Positions 1-11,552 of a stretch of DNA of 64,000 nt are shown piece after piece. Position 1 is the first letter of the stretch. Each line of letters begins with the position of its first letter. The notes under the pieces were generated by a model. That model made no database searches and was not told where the DNA came from. It worked only from the letters and a program-made list of their open reading frames with translations. The position numbers were made by a program, and so were the translations under genes. Source of the DNA: Myxococcota bacterium (GTDB taxonomy: Bacteria; Myxococcota_A; Polyangia; Nannocystales; Nannocystaceae); NCBI GenBank assembly GCA_039028615.1, contig JBCCHT010000019.1:96001-160000 (forward strand), written 5' to 3'.

Positions 1-293
1 ACGTCGAAGTGGGGAGTTCCCACGCCTGCGCTCGCTCCCGAAGCGGCACGCTCCAGTGCTGGGGTTCGGCCTCGTTCGGGGAGCTGGGCGATCCCCGGCT
101 CGATCGCGCCGACCTCCCCGTCACCGTCGCCGACCTGCCGCCCGTGCAGTTCGTCGCGCTGGGGGGCAACCTCTCGTGCGCCGCGCCCCAGGGGGGACCC
201 GTGTACTGCTGGGGCTACGGAGCGGACTCGCGTGGCAAGCTGGTGCGGTTCGATCCGCAGCCGCGCCCCGTCGCCGACGTCGTCGATCCCTGA
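1..293 (+). CDS. RCC1-like repeat protein, C-terminal fragment (5' end outside window)
   Basis: Repeated 'HACA..SGTLQCWGSASFGELG' and 'LSCA..GGPVYCWG' units; frame open to window edge. Confidence 0.75.
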   Translation, partial: VEVGSSHACARSRSGTLQCWGSASFGELGDPRLDRADLPVTVADLPPVQFVALGGNLSCAAPQGGPVYCWGYGADSRGKLVRFDPQPRPVADVVDP

Positions 294-301
294 CGAGCCC
301 C

Positions 302-790
302 TCAGCTCGCGACGACGGCGAGCGCCCACGACCACCATCGCGGTGGCAACGCCTCGGGATAGGTGTCGACCAGGGTCTTCACCATCGCGTGGGTCAACGG
401 CGGCAGCTGGAACTCGCACCGCACGGCATCGACATCGAGCGTCAACAAACGCGCCAACAATAGCTGCATCCAGCAGGTATGCAGCTCCTCGCGATCCGCA
501 TCCTCCCGCGGGATCACGCAGGGCACGTCGTTGCGCCGATAGGGATCCGGGCCGAGCCCAAACTCGACCATCGTGCGGCGCCGGGGCGACGCCAGCAGCA
601 GGTGTGCCACCTCGTGGAGCTGGCTCTCGAGCGTCATCCCGGTGGGCCGTAGATGCCGACCATTCCACGAGTGGCCGACTCGATGGGCCCGCCGCCGCGG
701 GAAGTAGATGGTCGCCCCCGGGACGACGCGCCGCACGAGCCCGCGCAGCTCGGCCTCGGCGTCTCGAAGCAATCGGGCCCGGTCGTTCAT
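302..790 (-). CDS. HExxH hypothetical protein, EpmC/YfcM-like motif
   Basis: LHEVAHLLLASPRRRTMVEFGLGPDP; ATG at 790; last gene of the pcrA-methyltransferase run. Confidence 0.6.
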   Translation of the reverse strand: MNDRARLLRDAEAELRGLVRRVVPGATIYFPRRRAHRVGHSWNGRHLRPTGMTLESQLHEVAHLLLASPRRRTMVEFGLGPDPYRRNDVPCVIPREDADREELHTCWMQLLLARLLTLDVDAVRCEFQLPPLTHAMVKTLVDTYPEALPPRWWSWALAVVAS

Positions 791-803
791 GTGCCCGCCC
801 CGC

Positions 804-1529
804 TCACGACGGCCGGCAGACGTAGCCGAGCACATCACCCAGCTGCGCCCGCTCGACGATCTCGAAGCCATGACGCTCGAGCAGCAGCGGCATTTCCATG
901 GGAAAGAACTGACGCAAGGCCAGCACCATCTCCACCGGCTCGCGGTCGTCCTCCATCGAGCGCGTGGTGGTGGTAATGGTGAGTACCTGCGTCAGCGGCG
1001 AGTACTCGATGCGCTCCGTCGCCCGCCGCACTCCGCCGTCGTCGGGATCGCGGTACCACGGCACATCGCTCGTGCTGCCCAGCAGCGAGTTTGGATCGGG
1101 GATCGAGACATCGAAGGCGAAGATCCCCTCCGGCTCCAGGTGGGCGCGCACCCGCTGCAACACGGCCCCGAACTCCTCGAGCCCGTGGTGATGCGCCATG
1201 CCGTTGAAGGGGCAGAGGATGGCATCGAAGCGCTCGCCCAGCTCGAGGGCTCGTGCGTCGCCCTCGACCAGGCGCAGCCCCTGTGCCTGCTCGGGGGGCC
1301 CTTCGGTCAGCGTCTTCGCCAACGAAGCCAACATCGGCGCGCTGAGGTCGACCCCCACGACACGGTGACCGCGACGCACCAGCGGCAACGCCACCCGCCC
1401 GCTGCCCACGCCGAGCTCCAAGATCCGCGAGCGCCCCTCGGTGATGCGCATATAAAACGGGAGATCCGACCCACGCCCGTCGTGAAGCATCCGGTAAAAC
1501 GAAGGATGCTCGTACATCGAGTCGGTCAT
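804..1529 (-). CDS. Class I SAM-dependent methyltransferase
   Basis: ILELGVGSGRV, VVGVDLSAPML and GDAR motifs. Confidence 0.9.
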   Translation of the reverse strand: MTDSMYEHPSFYRMLHDGRGSDLPFYMRITEGRSRILELGVGSGRVALPLVRRGHRVVGVDLSAPMLASLAKTLTEGPPEQAQGLRLVEGDARALELGERFDAILCPFNGMAHHHGLEEFGAVLQRVRAHLEPEGIFAFDVSIPDPNSLLGSTSDVPWYRDPDDGGVRRATERIEYSPLTQVLTITTTTRSMEDDREPVEMVLALRQFFPMEMPLLLERHGFEIVERAQLGDVLGYVCRPS

Positions 1530-1539
1530 GGGACCTCGC

Positions 1540-3801
1540 TCAGCCCGCCGGCTCGCAGAACCGCGCCAGGATCGTCTTGGCCCCGTGCCCGGGGAAGCGC
1601 AGCATCAGCTTGAGGTTGTCGCCCGAGCCGTTCCACCCCTGGAGCACGCCCTCGCCGAAGCGCTGGTGCCGGATGCTCATGCCCACGTAGAGCGCGACGC
1701 CTTCGCCGACCTCGCCGCCAGCCTGCTGCCCGCCGAGTTCCTCCTCGGTGAACGGGGCGTCGGGCCCCTCGTCGTACTCGATGTCATCGTTCCACGAAGG
1801 CGTCGGCGCGGGCTTGGGCGCCGCCGAGGGTCGAGACACCGAGATCCGCGGGCGCGCACGCAAGCCGACCGACGCCACCGCGTCCGGCGGGAGGTCGAGC
1901 ACGAAGCGCGAGGGCTCCCCCACCTGCAGCTGTCCGTAGAGGCGCCGCCGTCGGGTCAGCGTCAGCGTCAGCTGATCGCGAGCGCGGGTGATGGCCACGT
2001 AGGCCAGGCGCCGCTCCTCTTCCATCTGCACGGGATCGTCCAGCACCCGGGCATGCGGGAAGATGCGCTCCTCCATCCCCGTCAGGAACACGCGCGGGAA
2101 CTCGAGGCCCTTGGCGCTGTGGATGGTCATCATGGTGATCGAGCGACCGCGGCCGCCATCGCCCCGCTCGCCGCCGACCAGGCTCACCAGCTCGAGGTAC
2201 TCGAAGGGCTCGGCATCGGGGCGCTCCTCGACGAACTCCTGCACGTTGCCCAACAGCTCTTGGAGGTTCTCGAGCCGAGCCTGCGCCTCCTCGGTGCCGT
2301 CTTGGTCGAGCCACGCTCGATAACCGGTCTGCTCGACGATCTCGGCCATGAGCTCGTCGAGTCGCAGCTCTCCCATGCGCTCGCGCAGCCCCTCGATGAG
2401 AGCCACGAACGCCTGCACGCGCTTGACCCCCGCCTTGCCCACGCCGGCCGCCGCGGGCGTGCGCAGAGCCGCCCACAGCGAGATACCCTCGGCGCTCGCG
2501 AAGTCCTGCATCCGGCCCAGCGAGGTCTTGCCGATCTTGCGCGCGGGTCGGTTGATGATCCGCTGCAGGTGCACGTCGCTGGCCGGATTGAGCAGCACCG
2601 TGACGTAGGACAGGATGTCCTTGACCTCCATGCGCTCGTAGAACGCCACGCCGCCGACGATGCGACAGTGCAGGCCGTTGCGGCGCAGCTGCTCCTCGAT
2701 GGCCCGCGACTGCGCGTGGGTCCGATAGAAGATCGCGAACTCTTCGGGCGAGGCCCCGTCGTCGATCGCCTCGACCACCTCGCGCGCGATGAAGCGAGCC
2801 TCCTGGCGCTCGTCGTCGAGCACCAGCACCCGCACCGCCTCGCCCTCCCCCCGATCGCTCCACAGCGTCTTGCCGAGCCGGCCGCTGTTGCGCCGAATCA
2901 CCGAGTCCGCGCACTTCAGGATGCGGGTGGTGCTGCGGTAGTTCTGCTCGAGCCGCACGAGCTCCGTGCCCGGGTGCGCCTGGGGGAAATCGAGGATCTG
3001 CGCCACGTCGGCGCCCCGCCAGCCGTAGATCGCCTGGTCGTCGTCGCCGACGACACACAGCTCGGCGTTCCCCGCCAGCAGGTTCACCAGCTCGGCCTGA
3101 ATGGGATTGGTGTCCTGGAACTCGTCGACCACCACGTGACGAAACCGACGGGTCAGGCGGGCGGCGGGATCGAGGTCACCGAGCTGCCCCTTCGGCTCCT
3201 GGCTCGCGCCCCGCAGCAACACCACCGCCAGGCGCAGCAGGTCGCCGAAGTCCGCGGCATCGGCCGCCCGCAGGCGCTTTTCGTAGAGCGTGTAGGCGTC
3301 GCGGATCACGGAGGCGACCGGCTCGGGCAGGTTCAGCTTGTCGATCTGCTTGGGCCCGTAGCCGCGGTTCTTGGCGCGATCGAGGAAGCTCAGCACCCCA
3401 CGCGGCGTGTAGAGCTTGTCGGGCACCCGCAGGTCCTTGAGCACCTGCCCCATCACCGTGGCCTGGTCGCCGGGGTCGTAGATCGAAAAGCGCGGGCTCA
3501 GCCCGACCGCCTCGCCGTGCCGTCGCAAGATGCGGGCGCAGATCGAGTGAAACGTGCCGACCCACAGCTCGCGCGTCGTGTGGCGCCCCCCGCAGAGGCC
3601 ATCGATGCGCTCGCGCATCTCTCCCGCGGCCTTGTTGGTGAAGGTCACCGCGAGCATGCGCCAGGGCTCGACGCCTTCGTCGAGCAGGGACGCCACGCGG
3701 TGGGTGATCACGCGGGTCTTGCCCGTGCCCGCGCCGGCCAGGACCAACAGCGGGCCACCTCGGTGATCGACGGCGGCTTGCTGTGCCGGGTTGAGCGACA
3801 T
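1540..3801 (-). CDS. pcrA: UvrD/PcrA ATP-dependent DNA helicase
   Basis: LNPAQQAAV, AGAGTGKT, TFTNKAA, VDEFQDTN, GDDDQAIYGWRGA, TIHSAKGLEF, EERRLAYVAITRA; C-terminal HQRFGEG domain. Confidence 0.95.
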   Translation of the reverse strand: MSLNPAQQAAVDHRGGPLLVLAGAGTGKTRVITHRVASLLDEGVEPWRMLAVTFTNKAAGEMRERIDGLCGGRHTTRELWVGTFHSICARILRRHGEAVGLSPRFSIYDPGDQATVMGQVLKDLRVPDKLYTPRGVLSFLDRAKNRGYGPKQIDKLNLPEPVASVIRDAYTLYEKRLRAADAADFGDLLRLAVVLLRGASQEPKGQLGDLDPAARLTRRFRHVVVDEFQDTNPIQAELVNLLAGNAELCVVGDDDQAIYGWRGADVAQILDFPQAHPGTELVRLEQNYRSTTRILKCADSVIRRNSGRLGKTLWSDRGEGEAVRVLVLDDERQEARFIAREVVEAIDDGASPEEFAIFYRTHAQSRAIEEQLRRNGLHCRIVGGVAFYERMEVKDILSYVTVLLNPASDVHLQRIINRPARKIGKTSLGRMQDFASAEGISLWAALRTPAAAGVGKAGVKRVQAFVALIEGLRERMGELRLDELMAEIVEQTGYRAWLDQDGTEEAQARLENLQELLGNVQEFVEERPDAEPFEYLELVSLVGGERGDGGRGRSITMMTIHSAKGLEFPRVFLTGMEERIFPHARVLDDPVQMEEERRLAYVAITRARDQLTLTLTRRRRLYGQLQVGEPSRFVLDLPPDAVASVGLRARPRISVSRPSAAPKPAPTPSWNDDIEYDEGPDAPFTEEELGGQQAGGEVGEGVALYVGMSIRHQRFGEGVLQGWNGSGDNLKLMLRFPGHGAKTILARFCEPAG

Positions 3802-3860
3802 CGGGGGTTGATACCACGCCTCGCTGGTGCCCCGCCCGCAGAGCGTGGGACCCTTGGGAA

Positions 3861-4769
3861 GTGGAGCCGCGCAACGCGTTCCTCGCCGCCGTCCCCGAAG
3901 ACCGGCGCGAAACCTACGCTGCCGACGGCGCGCTGGCGCCTCGGCTGGCCGACGCGTTGACCCGAGCCCACCGCGCCCATCCCGGGCTGACGCTCGACGA
4001 CGCCGATTTCGTGCGCCACATCGCTGGGCTCCTCGTCGCGATCGAGGCCAGCCCCGACGCTCTCGCCTCGCTTCGAATCGAAGATCTCTACCTCGCGTGC
4101 GCCTGCACCGAGCACGACGCGGCGGCGCTCGACACCTTCGAACGCACCTACGGAGCCGACATCGATCGCACGGTGGCCGCGGCCAGCCCCGCCATGAACC
4201 ACGACGAGCTGCGACAGAACGTCCGCACCAAGTTGCTCGTCGGCACCACCGAGGCCTCGCCCAAGCTGGCGAGCTACCGGGGCCGCGGCGATCTGTCGGG
4301 GTGGATCCGCGTCGTGGCCAGCCGAGCGGTGGTCGACCTCCACCGCCAACGCGCCCGGCGTCCGGCCGAGGTCCCCGTCGCCCCCGCCGTGCTCGCAGAA
4401 GTGAACGAGGCCGTCGACGACCCCGAGCTTTCGTACATGGCCACGCGCTACCGACCGCAGGTGCACGCCGCCTTCGAGATGGCCTTCGCCGGGCTGACCG
4501 ATCGAGAGCGCCACCTGTTGCGACACCAGCTCGTGCATCACCTGGGCTACGACGAGCTCGGGGCGCTGTACGGCGTGCATCGAACCACCGCCTCGCGCTG
4601 GGTCGAGACGGCCCGCGCCAACCTGGTCGAGCGCGCCCGCACCGAGCTGCTGCAACGCCTGGGCGTCGGCGAGGTGACCCTCGACAGCGTGATCGCACTG
4701 GTTCGCAGCCAGCTCGATCTCAGCGTGCATCGCCTGCTCGCCGACGACGAGACCGCCCCCGACCCCTGA
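3861..4769 (+). CDS. Myxobacterial ECF-type sigma-70 factor
   Basis: DLYLACAC, YRGRGDLSGWIRVVA, region-4 HTH 'DELGALYGVHRTTASRW'. Confidence 0.85.
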   Translation: MEPRNAFLAAVPEDRRETYAADGALAPRLADALTRAHRAHPGLTLDDADFVRHIAGLLVAIEASPDALASLRIEDLYLACACTEHDAAALDTFERTYGADIDRTVAAASPAMNHDELRQNVRTKLLVGTTEASPKLASYRGRGDLSGWIRVVASRAVVDLHRQRARRPAEVPVAPAVLAEVNEAVDDPELSYMATRYRPQVHAAFEMAFAGLTDRERHLLRHQLVHHLGYDELGALYGVHRTTASRWVETARANLVERARTELLQRLGVGEVTLDSVIALVRSQLDLSVHRLLADDETAPDP

Positions 4770-5156
4770 GCAGGACCACGGCCGGCACCATCTCGCCGCT
4801 GGGTCCCGGGCACGGCGTCCAGGGGCGCAGCGGGTAGCGTCGCCCACCACTGTGGCACGACCGCATTGAGTCTGGGCCGGCCATCGGCGCATCGTCCTTT
4901 CTTGCCACCCCCCTTTGCATCCGCACCCAACGCCGCGAACACTCAATCGAGCAGCCCCGGTCCCGCGGGGCCCGAGGACTCGCGTCGGCCCCGCTTGCCT
5001 GCGGTACGACGGCGAATTCGGGCACCTGTGTGGAAAATGAAAAAAATATGCCGGCGTCTGCATAACTCGACCGGCGCGCGGTGACTCCCTGAGAAGGGCA
5101 GGGCTACTGGTGCATCGAATCGGAGGGTACACGACGTTTTGGGCATCCGGGCCACC

Positions 5157-8100
5157 ATGAAATCCAAGCCGAGCTCGGCCGGCGACGACGCGGGACCACA
5201 GCCCGCAGCGCCGAGCGAAGACACAACCGGCCAACACCTCGACCCCACGAAGCGACTCGGTCGCCGTGCAGGCGTGGAGATCGACGATGACGAGCGAACC
5301 CGACGTCTCGACAGCGACGCGGGCGAGCCCTCGGTGGATGCCGAGCCGAGCGAGGTCTCCGAACACCTCGGCCCCCCCGATACGCAGCAGCTGATCGCGG
5401 CGAGGGTCCAGCGGCGCCTGTTCGGCAAGGAGCCCCCGTCGATTCGTATCGGTCGGTTCTCCGTGCTCAGCCGGATCGGCTGCGGCGGCATGGGGACGGT
5501 GTACTCCGCCTACGATGAGGAGCTCGATCGCAAGGTCGCGATCAAGGTCATGCACGACGAGAGTCGGGGCGACGAAGCGCGACATCGCTTCCTCCGCGAG
5601 GCGCAGGCCATGGCTCGCCTCTCGCACCCCAACGTCGTCACCGTGCACGAGGTCGGGCAGGCCCACGAAGAGGCGTACCTCGCGATGGAGTTCATCCGGG
5701 GCGAGAGCCTGGACCTCTGGCTCCGTAGCAAGCCCCCGTGGCCGCTGGTCCTCGAGACCTTCATCCAGGCCGGCCACGGCCTCCAGGCGGCCCACGAAGC
5801 GGGGCTGGTCCATCGCGACCTCAAGCCCCACAACATCATGCGCAGCGAGGACGGAGAGGTGAAGGTCCTCGACTTCGGCCTCGCTCGCGCCCTCGACGAG
5901 GGACACGGCGACGATCTCGACTCGACCATCGACGAGAGCCCGGTGCACAAGATGGGCTCCATGCTCTCGTCGGCGCTGACGCGGACGGGCACGATCCTCG
6001 GCACCCCCGCGTACATGTCCCCGGAGCAGTTTCGCGGGGAGATGACGCTGGCCAGCAGCGATCAGTTCAGCTTCTGCGTGGCGTTGTTCGAGGCGCTCTA
6101 CGGCGAACAGCCCTACCAGGGGTCCTCGCTGCAGGACCGCATGAGCGCGATCTACCGCGAGAACATCCTGCCGCGCCCCCGCAGCAGCAAGGTACCCGCG
6201 ACCATCTACCGCACGCTGGTCCGGGGGCTCTCGGCCGACCCCGAGCGGCGCTGGCCCTCGATGGAAGACCTGCTGGAGCCGCTGCGTCGGGAGCTCGCCC
6301 CGCGGCGGCGAGGCGTGGCCACGTCCTCGCTGGGCGTGGCGCTGCTCGGCGTAGGCGTGGCCGTCGGCGTCCAGCACTACGCCGCCCAGGCCGACCGCTG
6401 TACGGGCGCGGCCGCGCAGCTCGAGGGCATCTGGGACGGCGAGCGCCGCCTCGCGGTCCGAGACGCCATCCTCGAGACCGATCTGTCCTATGCAGGAGAT
6501 ACCTGGCGCCGGGTGGAGCGAAGGCTCGACGACTACACGGAAGACTGGGTCGAGGCCCACACCGAAGCCTGCGAAGCGACCGCGGTGCGAGGCGAGCAGA
6601 GCGAGCAGAGCATGGATCTGCGCATCGACTGCCTCCGCGAGCGGCGACACGATCTGCGGGCCACCATCGACGAGCTGACGCGGGCGGACGCCAAGCTGGC
6701 CAAGCGAGCGGTGCGCTCGGTGACCGGCCTGCCGCGATTGCTGCGCTGCTCCAACGTAGCCGCCCTCGCGGCCGAGGTGCCGCCTCCCGAGGATCCAGTC
6801 GTCGCCGAGCGCGTCGCAGCCCTCGACGAGCGCCTCTCTCAGGCCCGAGCCAAGCAACGCGCGGGTCGATACCAGGAGGGCCTGGCGATCGCCGAAGACG
6901 TCGTGGCACAGGCCGAGCCCCTCGCCTACGAGCCGCTCAGCGCCCGAGCGTGGCTCGTGCAGGGCAAGCTCCAAGAGGCCACCAGCGACTACGAAGGCGC
7001 ACTCGTCACGCTCGAGCGGGCCCACGATGCCGCGCTCGCCCAGCGCATGTTCGACGTGGCGACCGGAGCCCTTACACAGCTGATGTTCGTCAACGGCCAC
7101 CGATTGCAGCGGCACGAACGAGCGCGGCGCTGGGCCAAGCACGCCGATCCCATGTCTCGCGCGGTGCGTACCGACGAGGCGCGGGCGCTCTACCTGCGGA
7201 CCTTGGCCGGGGTCGCCTACGCCGAGGGCAAGCTCGACGAAGCCCGCGAGCTGTTCGAGAAAGGCCTGGCCGCGCACGAGCACGCCTTTGGGCCCGAAGA
7301 CCCCGAGACGGCCGCCGTGTTGGTCAACCTGGGCAAGATCGCCTACGCCCAGGGCCGGTTCGACGAGGCTCGCGAGCTGTCCGAGCGGTCGATGACCATC
7401 AACGAGGGTCTGCTCGGACCGGAGCACCCCACCATCGCCAGCTCCCTCGACAGCCTGGGCGCCATCGCCTTTTCGCAGGGCAAGTTCGACGAGTCACGGC
7501 GCGCCCACGAGCGGGCGCTCGAGATTCGCCGCACCGCGCTGGGCCACGACCACCCGAACGTGGCGCGGACTCTGTTCAACCTGGGCAACACCATCCGGCT
7601 CCAGGGTGATCTCGACCGGGCCCGGACGCTCTTCGAGCAGGCGCTGGCCATCTGGCACAAGTCGCTCGGCCCCGAACATCCCCACATCGCGGCGGCGCTC
7701 ATCAGCCTCGCAGGCCTGCTCTTCGACCTCGGAGATGTCGGCGAGGCCCAGGCCCTCACTCAGCAGGCGCTGACCATCTGGGAAAAATCCCTGGGTCCCA
7801 ACCACCCCAAGGTGGCGCTGGCGCTCGATGGGGTGGGCACGCTGGCCAAGCACCAGGGTGACCTCCTGCAGGCCCGCCAGGCGTTTTCCCGGGCGCTGGC
7901 CCTGCGGGAAAAAGCGCTGGGCAGCGAGCACCCCGAGGTGGCGCTGACCCATCGCAACCTCGGTGGGGTCGCTCTCCGAGAGAGCAAGCTCGAGGAGGCC
8001 CGGATCTCGTACGAGCGAGCGCTCGCGATCTGGGAGGGTACGGTGGGGTCGACGCATCCCGAGCGCATGGAGATGCTGCCCGACCTGGGACGGACCCTCG

Positions 8101-8402
8101 TCGAGCTCGGAGACGCCGACGAGGCCGTCGCGCTGCTCGAGCGGGGGTTGGGCGAGCTGGACCCGAACGAGGCGGAGCCCGTGCTCCTCGCCGAGCTGCG
8201 GTTTGCCCTCGCCGGGGCGCTATGGGAGGCCTCGGCGGACCAGGGTCGCGATCGCCCGCGCGCGCGCCAGCTCGCCGAGCACGCGCGAGAAGGGCTCGGA
8301 GGCACGAAGGGCTTTGCTTCGAACCCGACCGTGCTGAAACGGTCCGAGGTCGATGCGTGGCTCGCCGAGCATCCGCTCACGTCTCGCGCCCCGAGTCGGT
8401 AG
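5157..8402 (+). CDS. Membrane Ser/Thr protein kinase with C-terminal TPR repeats
   Basis: GCGGMGTVY, VAIK, HRDLKPHN, DFGLA, GTPAYMSPE; TM segment; repeated 'LGPEHP' TPRs. Confidence 0.95.
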   Translation: MKSKPSSAGDDAGPQPAAPSEDTTGQHLDPTKRLGRRAGVEIDDDERTRRLDSDAGEPSVDAEPSEVSEHLGPPDTQQLIAARVQRRLFGKEPPSIRIGRFSVLSRIGCGGMGTVYSAYDEELDRKVAIKVMHDESRGDEARHRFLREAQAMARLSHPNVVTVHEVGQAHEEAYLAMEFIRGESLDLWLRSKPPWPLVLETFIQAGHGLQAAHEAGLVHRDLKPHNIMRSEDGEVKVLDFGLARALDEGHGDDLDSTIDESPVHKMGSMLSSALTRTGTILGTPAYMSPEQFRGEMTLASSDQFSFCVALFEALYGEQPYQGSSLQDRMSAIYRENILPRPRSSKVPATIYRTLVRGLSADPERRWPSMEDLLEPLRRELAPRRRGVATSSLGVALLGVGVAVGVQHYAAQADRCTGAAAQLEGIWDGERRLAVRDAILETDLSYAGDTWRRVERRLDDYTEDWVEAHTEACEATAVRGEQSEQSMDLRIDCLRERRHDLRATIDELTRADAKLAKRAVRSVTGLPRLLRCSNVAALAAEVPPPEDPVVAERVAALDERLSQARAKQRAGRYQEGLAIAEDVVAQAEPLAYEPLSARAWLVQGKLQEATSDYEGALVTLERAHDAALAQRMFDVATGALTQLMFVNGHRLQRHERARRWAKHADPMSRAVRTDEARALYLRTLAGVAYAEGKLDEARELFEKGLAAHEHAFGPEDPETAAVLVNLGKIAYAQGRFDEARELSERSMTINEGLLGPEHPTIASSLDSLGAIAFSQGKFDESRRAHERALEIRRTALGHDHPNVARTLFNLGNTIRLQGDLDRARTLFEQALAIWHKSLGPEHPHIAAALISLAGLLFDLGDVGEAQALTQQALTIWEKSLGPNHPKVALALDGVGTLAKHQGDLLQARQAFSRALALREKALGSEHPEVALTHRNLGGVALRESKLEEARISYERALAIWEGTVGSTHPERMEMLPDLGRTLVELGDADEAVALLERGLGELDPNEAEPVLLAELRFALAGALWEASADQGRDRPRARQLAEHAREGLGGTKGFASNPTVLKRSEVDAWLAEHPLTSRAPSR

Positions 8403-9136
8403 CCAAGCTGCGCCGCGCGTCGGCCCGGCCACGAAGAACACCGCCGACGTGGGTTCTGATGTTCAGAATCCACGGGCGGACACAATTGATACGGAATCAG
8501 GCATCACCATGACGGCGACTCCAGTGTCGAAAGCGACGGCACTCGACGATCGTCATGGGTTCGGACATGAACAACTGAACCTCTATCATCAATCAATTGC
8601 ACATTTGATTCGTTGAACTGACAATTCCATCGACTCGTGAACTCGTCGAAATCCGAGAGCCCAATTCGGCAAACGCACCCGCCCGTCACCAATCGACCGC
8701 GTGATCGAAGCACCGAGCAGACGACACCGGTTTCTCTTGGGCATCCGTGGATCCCCAGCGCCTGTAGGCACTAGAGGCGACGCGAAACCTGCGCAGCTGG
8801 GTGCCGCCGACCTCAACACAGCACGAATTCGGTGAACATCGACCCCACCACTTCGCACGAGATCGCGACACTGCTCGGATTCGGTCATCGAGCACTCGAC
8901 CGTCCATCATGTGGCTTGCATTGCGACACCATCGCATGACTCCACACATCGACCACCGAATATCGAGTTGCACAACCTTCCATCCATAGTATGGGGATTC
9001 GATCGCAACACTGCGTAATTCGAAGCCCGAACGCTACGAAGCATGCAGAGTCACGGGCAACACTCGGCACGTCGAGGCGCGACGAACGACTCGACATGAT
9101 GGCGAACCCGGTTGGTTGCCTCTATGCCGAACACCA

Positions 9137-10897
<1,761 letters not shown>

Positions 10898-10909
10898 CGA
10901 TGCGACCGA

Positions 10910-10945
10910 GGCGGCCGTCTGCTCCCCCAGGCGGCCGCCGCTTTC
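10910..10945 (+). terminator. Probable terminator hairpin
   Basis: GGCGGCCG..CGGCCGCC stem between convergent genes, short T tract. Confidence 0.45.
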
Positions 10946-10964
10946 GCGTCCAGCCCGGTGAGTT

Positions 10965-11477
10965 CTAGATCTCGCCCGTCTCGAGCAGCATCTCCGCTCG
11001 CACGCGAACCTCGTTGAGAGCGAACTGAATCTCTTCGGTGGAGTAGCGAGCGCCGTCGGGCCCCGACGCATGCTCGGCCAGCCACGGCGCCGCCGCATCG
11101 ACCTCGCTCATCGTCTTCGTGCGGAAGTTCCGTCGCGCCAGCGCGATCATCCCGGCCATGACACTTCGCGCCATCGATGCGAAGAAGCCCGAGCCCTCGA
11201 TCACGACGGCCCAACACTGCAAGTCGGACCCGAGGTCTTTGATCGTGCGCACGATCAACGAGCGCACCTCTTGCGGCGGCATGGGGCTGTTCTCGCGGAC
11301 GATGATCACCAGGGTGACGCCGTGCGAGCAGCTCTGCACCTGCTCGAGGAACTTGTCGGCCCACTTCTGCGTGATTTCCAGGGTGGGCTCGGCCACCGAG
11401 GCCCAAATGACGAAGTTGCGCCACGTGGCCCCGCACGCCTCGCGATGCTCGGCAAAGAACTCGACGCCTTCACTCAT
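10965..11477 (-). CDS. Hypothetical protein (myxobacterial STAS/SEC14-like family)
   Basis: PPQEVR..AVVIEGSGFFASMARSV pattern; coding-like codon bias. Confidence 0.7.
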   Translation of the reverse strand: MSEGVEFFAEHREACGATWRNFVIWASVAEPTLEITQKWADKFLEQVQSCSHGVTLVIIVRENSPMPPQEVRSLIVRTIKDLGSDLQCWAVVIEGSGFFASMARSVMAGMIALARRNFRTKTMSEVDAAAPWLAEHASGPDGARYSTEEIQFALNEVRVRAEMLLETGEI

Positions 11478-11552
11478 TCGTGCCCAATCCTACGATGGGC
11501 GCGCGACGATTGCTGCGAGCAGAGCGAGGAAGCGAGGACCGAATTGGGGCGG

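Noticed and set aside
3802..4698. N-terminal extension of the pcrA ORF (similar extensions on the sheath, hisC and LolA ORFs)
   Set aside because: Overlaps neighbouring real genes; family homology starts at the downstream ATG
3708..7427. Long antisense ORFs (also 1528-3960, 12639-15572, 15569-18286, 42818-44728 and others)
   Set aside because: Shadow frames typical of high-GC genes, lying opposite well-supported CDSs
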